Of a DNA stretch of 64,000 nt, positions 18,846-26,817 are shown piece after piece (position 1 is the first letter of the stretch; the number at the start of each line of letters is the position of its first letter). This DNA comes from an uncultured bacterium (GTDB lineage Bacteria; Bacillota; Desulfotomaculia; Desulfotomaculales; Desulfallaceae): NCBI GenBank assembly GCA_965539975.1, contig CBETWA010000002.1:24244-88243 (forward strand), read 5' to 3'. The notes under the pieces are model-generated. The model searched no databases, was not told the DNA's origin, and saw only the letters and a list, made by a program, of their open reading frames with translations. A program made the position numbers and the translations under genes.

Positions 18846-19628
18846 TTACCTTGATAGAACCCTGATACCCTTAAACCTTTGCACCATCCTCATAAAAGAA
18901 TCTTTTAAGGTTATACCGGCATTTTTACGGTAGCTGGCCCACTCCACCAGGCGTACTATCGTAGCGCTCACCTCGTATAAAAAATAAATGGGAGCGGCAA
19001 ACAAAAGCACGGTAAATATGTCCGGTGAGCTGACAAGCGCTGAAGCAATTACAACCGCGGCCACAATGGCTATCTTGCGTAATTTAACCATGGACCGGTA
19101 GGAAATCACGCCAAGCCTGGCCAGAAAGAAACTGGCCAGGGGCATTTCGAAAACAAGCCCGAAGGGCAACAGAAAATTAAGGGTAAAAGATACATACTTG
19201 CCAATGGTCAGCATAGGAATGAGTTGACTTCCTCCATGCTGTAGCAAAAAAGCCACGCAAAGCTTAAAAACCACCAGGAAGCCAAATGCCACGCCGCCTA
19301 TAAAAAGAACAAACGAGAACAGTACAAACAATGTAAAGTAAATTCTTTCTATTTGGCGTAGGGCAGGTATTATGAATCCCCAAAATTGCCACAGGGTGAC
19401 GGGCAACGAAACAAGAAAACCAAGGAAAAACGAGAGCTTGATTCTGGTCATTACCGCTTCTGTAACGCCGATGTATATCACATCGTGCCCCGCGCCGGTC
19501 ACCGGTTCCAAAAGCACCTTGAGCACCGGGTCGCTGAAAAACCAGCATACCAACGCCGCAACACAGGTGGAGGCAAAGGAAACGATTATGATGCGTCTCA
19601 ACTCTTCCAGGTGTTGTACAACAGTCAT
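18846..19628 (-). CDS. tatC: Twin-arginine translocase subunit TatC
   Basis: The six-TM protein starts with HLEELRRIIIVSF, typical of TatC. Confidence 0.9.
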   Translation of the reverse strand: MTVVQHLEELRRIIIVSFASTCVAALVCWFFSDPVLKVLLEPVTGAGHDVIYIGVTEAVMTRIKLSFFLGFLVSLPVTLWQFWGFIIPALRQIERIYFTLFVLFSFVLFIGGVAFGFLVVFKLCVAFLLQHGGSQLIPMLTIGKYVSFTLNFLLPFGLVFEMPLASFFLARLGVISYRSMVKLRKIAIVAAVVIASALVSSPDIFTVLLFAAPIYFLYEVSATIVRLVEWASYRKNAGITLKDSFMRMVQRFKGIRVLSR

Positions 19629-19680
19629 TTCCGTTTCATGAGCTATTTTTACCGCCCCCCTTAACCGCCAATTGATTTAA

Positions 19681-19926
19681 TTAATTGGTTAAACTGGTAT
19701 TCTTGGAAACAGAGGCGGCTGCAACACTGTCATCAGTACCTTTTTGGGCGGTACTGTTCCGGTCTGCCTTTTCATCGTCATCATTGCCGGAAAAGGCGCT
19801 TCTCATATCCCGCATGGTTTTACCCAGTGCTTTTCCCACTTCGGGCAGTTTACCAGGGCCAAATACAATAAGAACCACAACCAGGATGAGAAGCAGGTGC
19901 GAAGGTTGGAACAGGCCATTAAACAT
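19681..19926 (-). CDS. tatA: Twin-arginine translocase subunit TatA/E
   Basis: It has a single N-terminal TM plus amphipathic helix: LLLILVVVLIVFGPGKLPEVGKALGKTMRDMRSAF. Confidence 0.85.
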   Translation of the reverse strand: MFNGLFQPSHLLLILVVVLIVFGPGKLPEVGKALGKTMRDMRSAFSGNDDDEKADRNSTAQKGTDDSVAAASVSKNTSLTN

Positions 19927-20309
19927 CTTTTAACCCTCCCTTTTATTGTTTTTGTATTATGAAAAAAGATTTAATACCAAATTAATAAAAAAATTTAATT
20001 AATAACCATCCATAATAATAAGTGCTATTTATCATTATTGATTCAATTTTTTTATATATTAGCCATTATATACTCAAAAATCAATAACTAATTATGAAAA
20101 TTTTATTTTTTTCTGATTTTTAACTTAATTTTGAACTTGCCAGTGGTGTAAAGGAGGAATATAATAGCACAAAAAATACAAGCATAATCAAGCCTGACCG
20201 CGCCGTGTAACCCCCGGGCGGAAGGGCAGGTGTTTATTATTCATACCCTGAGGCAAACAGGCTCACGCGGGCTGCGGTCAAGGGGGCAAAAGTTGTGCTT
20301 GCCTTTTTG

Positions 20310-20351
20310 CGGCCTGTTTTACCGGTTCGAGGAAACAGGCCGCTTTTATAT
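20310..20351 (+). terminator. Intrinsic-terminator-like hairpin inside the 5' leader of the hydrogenase maturation operon (candidate attenuator)
   Basis: A 10-bp stem (CGGCCTGTTT / AAACAGGCCG) is followed by CTTTTATAT. It lies about 30 nt upstream of the first CDS. Upstream segments offer alternative pairings (TGACCGC with GCGGTCA; GCCTG with CAGGC). Confidence 0.4.
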
Positions 20352-20381
20352 GAATCGCCAATCACGAAAGGGGTAAGGCAG

Positions 20382-20633
20382 TTGAACACGGAAAGGCGCA
20401 TTGGGGTTATCGGCATCGTGGTTGAGGACCGGGAGCAGGCCCCGGTAATAAACAATATACTTAGCAAGTACGCTGAAGTAATTGTGGGACGAATGGGCAT
20501 TCCCTACCGGGAAAGGGGTCTGTTTGTGATTTCAATAATTGTAGACGGAAATACAGACGAAATCGGTGCATTGACCGGGAAACTCGGGCAGGTGGGTGGC
20601 GTGCGGGTAAAAAGCGCGCTGGTCACTCGCTGA
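20382..20633 (+). CDS. TM1266-family putative iron-only hydrogenase system regulator (small ACT-like protein)
   Basis: The sequence is RRIGVIGIVVEDREQAPVINNILSKYAEVIVGRMGIPYRERGLFVISIIVDGNTDEIGALTGKLGQV. It sits directly upstream of hydF-hydE-hydG. I prefer the TTG start after GGGGTAAGG over the track start at 20295. Confidence 0.65.
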   Translation: MNTERRIGVIGIVVEDREQAPVINNILSKYAEVIVGRMGIPYRERGLFVISIIVDGNTDEIGALTGKLGQVGGVRVKSALVTR

Positions 20634-20799
20634 GCCCGACCGGCAACCGGGCAGTACTTCAACTTAAGTTAAAGCGCAGGTCACACGCTGGTTTAATGTC
20701 TTTTCATGTTTTTTACCCGCCTCGCTTTTATAACACCACCAAGCCGGTTGAACTGGTAATAAGATTAACTTTCAACACCCGGCAATACTGTAAAAGGAG

Positions 20800-22101
20800 T
20801 TGAGTGATATGCAAGACACCCCCAGGGGCAGCAGGCTGCACATCGCACTATTCGGGCGGCGTAACGCAGGCAAGTCCAGCCTGATTAACGCCCTCACCAA
20901 TCAGGACCTGGCCATAGTCTCGCCAATTGCCGGAACCACAGCGGACCCGGTATACAAATCCATGGAAATACTCCCTTTAGGACCGGTGGTTCTAATTGAC
21001 ACCGCCGGACTGGACGATACCGGCGAACTGGGGCAAAAGCGGGTGGCCAAGAGCATGGCCGTACTGGACAAAACCGACCTGATACTGCTGGTGATCGACC
21101 CGCTGCGGGGATTCGGTGACGTTGAACAGCAAGTGGTGGACGCTGCCGCCAAAAAAAAGGTGCCGGTGCTGGGTGTTATCAATAAATCCGACCTGGTTTA
21201 CGAAACGGGTACCGCCCAGTCGAACGGGGAACAAAGAGGTGAAATCGTACCGGATACACGCGTAACCTCACTGGGCCCCGGGTTAACAAACATACCCGGT
21301 ATACCGGTGGTAAGGGTTAGCGCGGTAACCGGCATGGGAATCAGCGACCTGAAACAGGCCATGATCAAGCTGGCCCCGAAGGACTGGACAGCGCCCACCA
21401 TTGCCGGTGACCTGGTACCCCCGGGCGAGCTGGCACTGCTGGTGGTGCCTATAGACCGGGCTGCCCCAAAGGGGAGGTTGATCCTGCCCCAGGTTCAGAC
21501 CGTTCGCGACCTTCTGGACCATGACTGCCTGGTTATGGTGGTCAAAGAACGAGAGCTGAAAGCGGCATTCGATAAACTGTCAAGCCCCCCCGCCCTGGTG
21601 ATTACCGACTCGCAGGTATTTCCGCAAGTAGACACCGACACGCCGCCGGGGGTACCCCTGACATCGTTCTCCATTTTATTTGCCAGGTACAAGGGCGATC
21701 TGGCCACCCTGGTATCCGGCGCCCTGGCGGTTAAAAAACTCCGGCCGGGCGATAGGGTGCTGATCGCCGAAGCCTGCACCCACCACCGGGTGGAAGATGA
21801 TATAGGTACAGTGAAAATTCCCCGCTGGCTGCACCAGGCCATGGGCGGGGAGTTGAAATTCTCGTGGTCCAGCGGGCATACACTGCCACGCGATCTGGAC
21901 CGTTACAAGCTAATTATACACTGTGGCGGTTGTATGATTAACCGGCGTGAAATGCTGAGCCGTATCATGGCGGCCCGGGCAGCCGGCGTGCCCATTGTCA
22001 ATTACGGCGTTCTGATCGCTTACATGCACGGCATCCTGAGGCGGGCGTTGGAACCGTTCCCCGACGTGCTGGCACTGCTTGATGAAAGCGGGGTGCAATG
22101 A
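20800..22101 (+). CDS. hydF: [FeFe]-hydrogenase H-cluster maturation GTPase HydF
   Basis: The GTPase P-loop GRRNAGKSSLINAL, DTAG, NKSD and C-terminal cluster motifs EACTHH...HCGGC are present. The start may be the ATG at 20809. Confidence 0.9.
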   Translation: MSDMQDTPRGSRLHIALFGRRNAGKSSLINALTNQDLAIVSPIAGTTADPVYKSMEILPLGPVVLIDTAGLDDTGELGQKRVAKSMAVLDKTDLILLVIDPLRGFGDVEQQVVDAAAKKKVPVLGVINKSDLVYETGTAQSNGEQRGEIVPDTRVTSLGPGLTNIPGIPVVRVSAVTGMGISDLKQAMIKLAPKDWTAPTIAGDLVPPGELALLVVPIDRAAPKGRLILPQVQTVRDLLDHDCLVMVVKERELKAAFDKLSSPPALVITDSQVFPQVDTDTPPGVPLTSFSILFARYKGDLATLVSGALAVKKLRPGDRVLIAEACTHHRVEDDIGTVKIPRWLHQAMGGELKFSWSSGHTLPRDLDRYKLIIHCGGCMINRREMLSRIMAARAAGVPIVNYGVLIAYMHGILRRALEPFPDVLALLDESGVQ

Positions 22102-22102
22102 C

Positions 22103-23170
22103 ATGGGCGGTTTTACCGCCGCACTGGAAAAAGCACTGAAAGGAGAAAAGCTCGCACAGGAAGAATTGGAGTGCCTGCTTTCAGCCCGGGGGGAACAAGC
22201 AAGGGTTTTGTACGATGCGGCGGACCGGGTACGCAGGAAAAACGTGGGGGACGCCGTTCACCTGCGGGCTATAATTGAATTCTCCAACTACTGCCGTAAA
22301 AACTGCCTGTACTGCGGCCTGCGCCGGGATAACCGCGCCCTTCCCCGGTACCGGCTGTCACCGGAAGAAATATTGATTGCCGCAGGGCGGGCGGCGGCCC
22401 TTGGTTATCGCACAGTAGTTCTACAATCGGGTGAAGACCCGTACTTCACCGCCGCGGACGTGGCGCGCCTGGTGGAACGAATAAAAAAGCGGTATGACAT
22501 GGCGGTAACTCTTTCACTGGGCGAGCATTCAAGGAATGACTACAAGACCTGGCGCGAGGCGGGCGCCGACCGGTACCTGTTGAAACACGAAACTGCGGAA
22601 CCGGAAATTTTCCACCGTTTAAAACCGGACACCACCCTGATCAACCGGCTGCAATGCCTGTGCTGGTTAAAAGAACTGGGTTACCAAACCGGTGCCGGCA
22701 ACATGGTGGGATTACCGGGCCAGACCACTGCCACTTTAGCCCGGGACATCATGCTGATGCGCAATATGGAAGTGGAAATGGCGGGTGTCGGCCCCTTTAT
22801 TCCCCATCCCGGCACCCCACTGGGAAACGCCGCGCCCGGGAAGCTGGGGGCAACTTTGAACACGCTGGCTGTTACCCGCCTGTGCCTGCCGCTGGCCAAC
22901 CTGCCGGCCACCACCGCCCTGGGAACGCTGGACCCCAACGGATACAGGCTGGCCCTGTGCAGCGGTGCCAACGTAATAATGCCCAACCTGACCCCGCCGG
23001 AAGTCAAGAGCAAGTACCTGATTTACCCGCAAAAAGCCGGCATTAAGGATGACCCGGTACGCGCCAGAATGAACATTGAGGCCTTGCTGGCCAGCCTGGC
23101 CAGGCCCGTGGCTACTGGTTACGGGCACGCCATTGTCAGGAGTCAGAATTCAGGAGTCAGTAGCCAGTAG
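22103..23170 (+). CDS. hydE: [FeFe]-hydrogenase radical-SAM maturase HydE
   Basis: It has the radical-SAM motif CRKNCLYCGLRRDN and a biotin-synthase-like fold. The start is uncertain: candidates are 22079, 22082 and 22103. Confidence 0.9.
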   Translation: MGGFTAALEKALKGEKLAQEELECLLSARGEQARVLYDAADRVRRKNVGDAVHLRAIIEFSNYCRKNCLYCGLRRDNRALPRYRLSPEEILIAAGRAAALGYRTVVLQSGEDPYFTAADVARLVERIKKRYDMAVTLSLGEHSRNDYKTWREAGADRYLLKHETAEPEIFHRLKPDTTLINRLQCLCWLKELGYQTGAGNMVGLPGQTTATLARDIMLMRNMEVEMAGVGPFIPHPGTPLGNAAPGKLGATLNTLAVTRLCLPLANLPATTALGTLDPNGYRLALCSGANVIMPNLTPPEVKSKYLIYPQKAGIKDDPVRARMNIEALLASLARPVATGYGHAIVRSQNSGVSSQ

Positions 23171-23346
23171 TTTGTGGTTGTTATTGGTAGACTAACACAG
23201 GGGTAAAAATCACGGGCAGGGAGTAACTGATGCGGGGTCCGAATAAGGAAACCGGTGAATTACCGGGCTGGAAGTATATTCTTGTGCATTCTGAATTCCG
23301 ACTCCCGGCTCCTGATTACTTTAAAAAAAAATGGGAGGTTTAATAA

Positions 23347-24765
23347 ATGTTTTCCGTAAAAGCTGACTTCATTGACGAGCAGCAAATCCTTGGCTGGCTG
23401 GAGGAATCCCGCCAGGCAAGTCGCGACGAAGCGGCGGAAATAATAAGCCGTTCCCGGCAGGCCCGGGGGCTTTCGCCTTACGAGTGCGCCGTGCTACTAC
23501 ATATCGATGACGATGAACTGCTGGCCGAAATGTACAGCGCGGCCAGGCACATCAAAGAAAAGATTTACGGGCGGCGCCTGGTGCTATTCGCCCCGCTTTA
23601 CATAAGCAACCACTGTATAAACAACTGTGTTTACTGTGGTTACCGGCGCGACAACAACATACCCCGCAGGCGCCTGACCATGGATGAGCTGCGGGACGAA
23701 GTGGCCATCCTGGAATCCCTGGGACACAAAAGGCTGGCCCTTGAAGCCGGGGAAGATCCCGTCAACTGCCCCATGGATTACATACTGGAAGCCATAAGAA
23801 ACATTTACGAAGTCAAAGAAGCAAAGGGCGGCATCAGGCGCATCAACGTCAACATTGCAGCCACCATAGTGGATAATTACCGGTTGCTCAAGGAAGCCGG
23901 CATCGGCACATACATCCTGTTCCAGGAAACCTATCACCGCGAAACTTACGCCGCCATGCACCCCTCCGGCCCCAAACGGGACTACGATTACCATACCACC
24001 GCCATGGACAGGGCCATGGAAGGCGGCATTGACGACGTGGGTGTGGGTGTTTTGTTTGGCCTGTACGACTACAAGTTTGAAGTGCTGGCACTGTTGCAGC
24101 ACGCCCTACACCTGGAGAAAGCATTCGGTGTGGGACCGCACACCATTTCCGTCCCCCGCTTACGCCCCGCAACGGGGGTAAATTACGAGAGCTTCCCCTA
24201 CCTAGTGGACGACTCGGCCTTCAAAAAAATAATCGCCATCTTGCGCCTGGCCGTTCCTTATACGGGTATCATCCTGTCTACCCGGGAGCGCGCCGGGTTC
24301 AGGGACGAACTGCTGGCCGTTGGAGTTTCCCAAATAAGCGCCGGTTCGTGCACGGGCGTGGGCGGTTACAGGGAAGAACAGGAGAAAAAAAGCAGGGGCG
24401 AGGATTACTACAACGAAACCATGCAGTTCCAGGTGGAAGATCGCCGCAGCCCCGACGAGGTACTGCGCAGCGTGTGCCAGGCCGGCTATATTCCAAGTTT
24501 CTGCACCGCCTGTTACCGCAGCGGGCGAACCGGGGACCGGTTCATGGCCTTAGCCAAAAGCGGCCAGATTCAAAACGTCTGCCAGCCCAACGCCATCTTG
24601 ACATTCAAGGAATACCTGGTGGATTACGCATCCCCCGCCACAAGGGAGGCCGGCGAAAAAGTCATCTCGGAACACCTGCGGGAGATTGGCAACCCCAAAG
24701 TGCGCCGGTTGACCGAGGAACGGTTGAAGCTGATCGAGGAAGGACAGCGGGACTTTTATTTTTAA
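23347..24765 (+). CDS. hydG: [FeFe]-hydrogenase radical-SAM maturase HydG
   Basis: It has the radical-SAM motif CINNCVYCGYRRDN and the C-terminal auxiliary-cluster motif CTACYR...(22 aa)...C. Confidence 0.9.
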   Translation: MFSVKADFIDEQQILGWLEESRQASRDEAAEIISRSRQARGLSPYECAVLLHIDDDELLAEMYSAARHIKEKIYGRRLVLFAPLYISNHCINNCVYCGYRRDNNIPRRRLTMDELRDEVAILESLGHKRLALEAGEDPVNCPMDYILEAIRNIYEVKEAKGGIRRINVNIAATIVDNYRLLKEAGIGTYILFQETYHRETYAAMHPSGPKRDYDYHTTAMDRAMEGGIDDVGVGVLFGLYDYKFEVLALLQHALHLEKAFGVGPHTISVPRLRPATGVNYESFPYLVDDSAFKKIIAILRLAVPYTGIILSTRERAGFRDELLAVGVSQISAGSCTGVGGYREEQEKKSRGEDYYNETMQFQVEDRRSPDEVLRSVCQAGYIPSFCTACYRSGRTGDRFMALAKSGQIQNVCQPNAILTFKEYLVDYASPATREAGEKVISEHLREIGNPKVRRLTEERLKLIEEGQRDFYF

Positions 24766-24796
24766 ACCCAACACCTTATATCCATATTTTACCTGC

Positions 24797-24838
24797 AGAT
24801 CGCAACAAATTTCAAATTTCAACACCCGGCACCAAGGG
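24797..24838 (-). repeat. Short (~42 nt) intergenic repeat, copy 1 of 3 (inverted relative to the other two)
   Basis: Its reverse complement CCCTTGGTGCCGGGTGTTGAAATTTGAAATTTGTTGCGATCT matches 32590-32629 and 54306-54345. Confidence 0.55.
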
Positions 24839-25115
24839 ATCCTTTTAAGGCACAAACTTTTATATTGCGCCGGTAACGCTTGTTTTACTTTACATCACTT
24901 TACCATATTTAAGGCAGGAGTAAAGCATATTTAATCCAAACTATAGTTCAAAATTGTTTGGACAAATCCCAGATATTGCTTTAAGCTATAAATACGGAGG
25001 CTATTTCCGGAGTGGGGCAGGTCGGCCTGTTGCAATTGGGTTTCAAAAGCCCCCTTCTCCTCCCGGTGCTTTTACCGGGCACTGCCCCGAATTTTTAAAG
25101 AAGAGGAGATACATT

Positions 25116-25616
25116 ATGCCGGACATACTGTGTTTTACAAGAAACCGGTGCAACAGCGTGGAGCAGGTGGATGACCGGACCCTGCGGTCAACCTGCCGGA
25201 CCCAGGACAACCTCGTGGACGCCTGCGTTGAGATTTTGGTCAGGCTTCCCGACCTGGAAATCATCGAGGCGGAGTGCACAAGTACAAGACCACGCGAGGT
25301 AGATAACCTGGTTGCCCGGGATGATCTTCAGAAACTGGTGGGCTCCCGGGTGGGCCCGGGTATTAAAAAAATCATCTGGGGCGCCATCGGTCACTCCCCC
25401 TATGCCGAACAGGTGGCAGCCATGCTGGATGAATGCTGTAACGGGGTCATTCTTTCCTTTACCAAGGACGTGTTAAGCCAGGCGCCCAAGGACAAGCAGG
25501 GCGAAAAGGAATTTTTTGCCGCCATGGTCAGGTCAAATCCCCGCTTGTATAACAGCTGCGCCGCCCTGGCGCCGGACAGCCCCCTGATGGAGTTACTAGA
25601 ACAGGACAAGAGTTGA
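25116..25616 (+). CDS. DUF2889-like protein
   Basis: I prefer the ATG at 25116 after GAGGAG. The pattern FTRNR..V....D....ST.RTQD..VDA.VEI.V..PDLEI..A......RP is DUF2889-like, recalled from memory only. Confidence 0.45.
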   Translation: MPDILCFTRNRCNSVEQVDDRTLRSTCRTQDNLVDACVEILVRLPDLEIIEAECTSTRPREVDNLVARDDLQKLVGSRVGPGIKKIIWGAIGHSPYAEQVAAMLDECCNGVILSFTKDVLSQAPKDKQGEKEFFAAMVRSNPRLYNSCAALAPDSPLMELLEQDKS

Positions 25617-25631
25617 ATAATGGAGGTTACA

Positions 25632-26744
25632 ATGGTTAAATTTACCCGCAACAAACTGGCCAGTGTTTTCAGGAAAAACAAGCAAACTCTGTCGGTACAC
25701 GGTATTATGGAAGACGATATTTACGGCCTGGAAGTAGACCTGGACATTGATTTGTTTAACCTGGAGATTAGGTCCATCCGGGGAAAATGGAACCGGATGG
25801 AAAATTCCCATTGCCCCCGGGCCATACCTTTCTTGCAGGAGGCCGTGGGGTTCCGGTTGGATGAAGATTTTACCCGCAAGGTACAGAAGGTGCTGGGTCG
25901 CAAGGCCTGCCGGCATTTCGCCGACTTGATCCTGGAATGCTGCAGTGCCGCAAAGGATGCCGCCCGCATTATACAGGTAAATGAGCGGCAGCGGGAACAC
26001 TCCGGTATCGAGGTCGACAATCTTTTCGGCAAGTCACCCGGCGGTAAACCATCCAGTAACAAAATTACCGTGCCGGAAAACCGCCCTCAAGAAAATAAAG
26101 CAGGCCGTGAAACAATAATTGACATCCATGTCCACTCCCTTCCCGCTTCACCCTGTAGCACCATACCCGTTGACGAAATTATCAAAGAGGCCCGGGAAAT
26201 TGGCTTGGGCGGGATTTGCCTTACCGATCACAACCACCTGTGGGAACCCCGCAAGGTAGAAGAATTACGGCAAAAACACGGCTTCCTGGTCTTGAGGGGA
26301 AACGAAATTACCACCGAACAGGGTGACATACTGGTATTCGGCCTGGAGGAAGAAATTACAGGTGTAATCAAGCTGGAAGAACTCAGGCAAAAGGTTTTGC
26401 GCGCGGGAGGATTTATGATTGCGGCCCACCCTTTCAGAGGGTTTTTAACATTCGGCATGAACTACCTGGGCCTGACGAAAGAAAAGGCCATGGAAAGGCC
26501 GGTCTTTAAACTGGTGGACGCTGTGGAAGTTCTGAACAGCAAGGTTTCAGGCGAGGAGAACGGCTTTGCGGCACAGGTGGCGGGCGGCCTGGGCCTGCCG
26601 GTCACAGGCGGAAGCGACGCTCACGGTCCCGGAGAGGTAGGATTGTACGCCACCCGGTTCCCCTGCCGGATCGAAAACGAGCGTGATCTTATCGAAGCAT
26701 TTAGAAAAGGCGGCTTCTCACCCGTCATTTTCAGAAAAAATTGA
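25632..26744 (+). CDS. DUF2889-like N-domain fused to a PHP (polymerase/histidinol-phosphatase) metal-dependent phosphoesterase domain
   Basis: The N-terminus contains MENSHCPRAIPFLQEAVGF...KACRHFADLILECC. The C-terminus carries PHP motifs IDIHVHS, LTDHNH, GNEITT, AAHPFR, VEVLNS and GGSDAHG. Confidence 0.6.
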   Translation: MVKFTRNKLASVFRKNKQTLSVHGIMEDDIYGLEVDLDIDLFNLEIRSIRGKWNRMENSHCPRAIPFLQEAVGFRLDEDFTRKVQKVLGRKACRHFADLILECCSAAKDAARIIQVNERQREHSGIEVDNLFGKSPGGKPSSNKITVPENRPQENKAGRETIIDIHVHSLPASPCSTIPVDEIIKEAREIGLGGICLTDHNHLWEPRKVEELRQKHGFLVLRGNEITTEQGDILVFGLEEEITGVIKLEELRQKVLRAGGFMIAAHPFRGFLTFGMNYLGLTKEKAMERPVFKLVDAVEVLNSKVSGEENGFAAQVAGGLGLPVTGGSDAHGPGEVGLYATRFPCRIENERDLIEAFRKGGFSPVIFRKN

Positions 26745-26817
26745 TTATTTGCCCAAAAGGCGAATAAATAATTAGTTATAGCCGGCGCCTCCACGGCAAG
26801 ATGAAAGGAGAAAAATT

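Noticed and set aside
24954-25115. An N-terminal extension of the first DUF2889-like ORF (track start 24954).
   Set aside because: There is no SD at 24954. A good GAGGAG site precedes the ATG at 25116, and the family-like sequence starts there.
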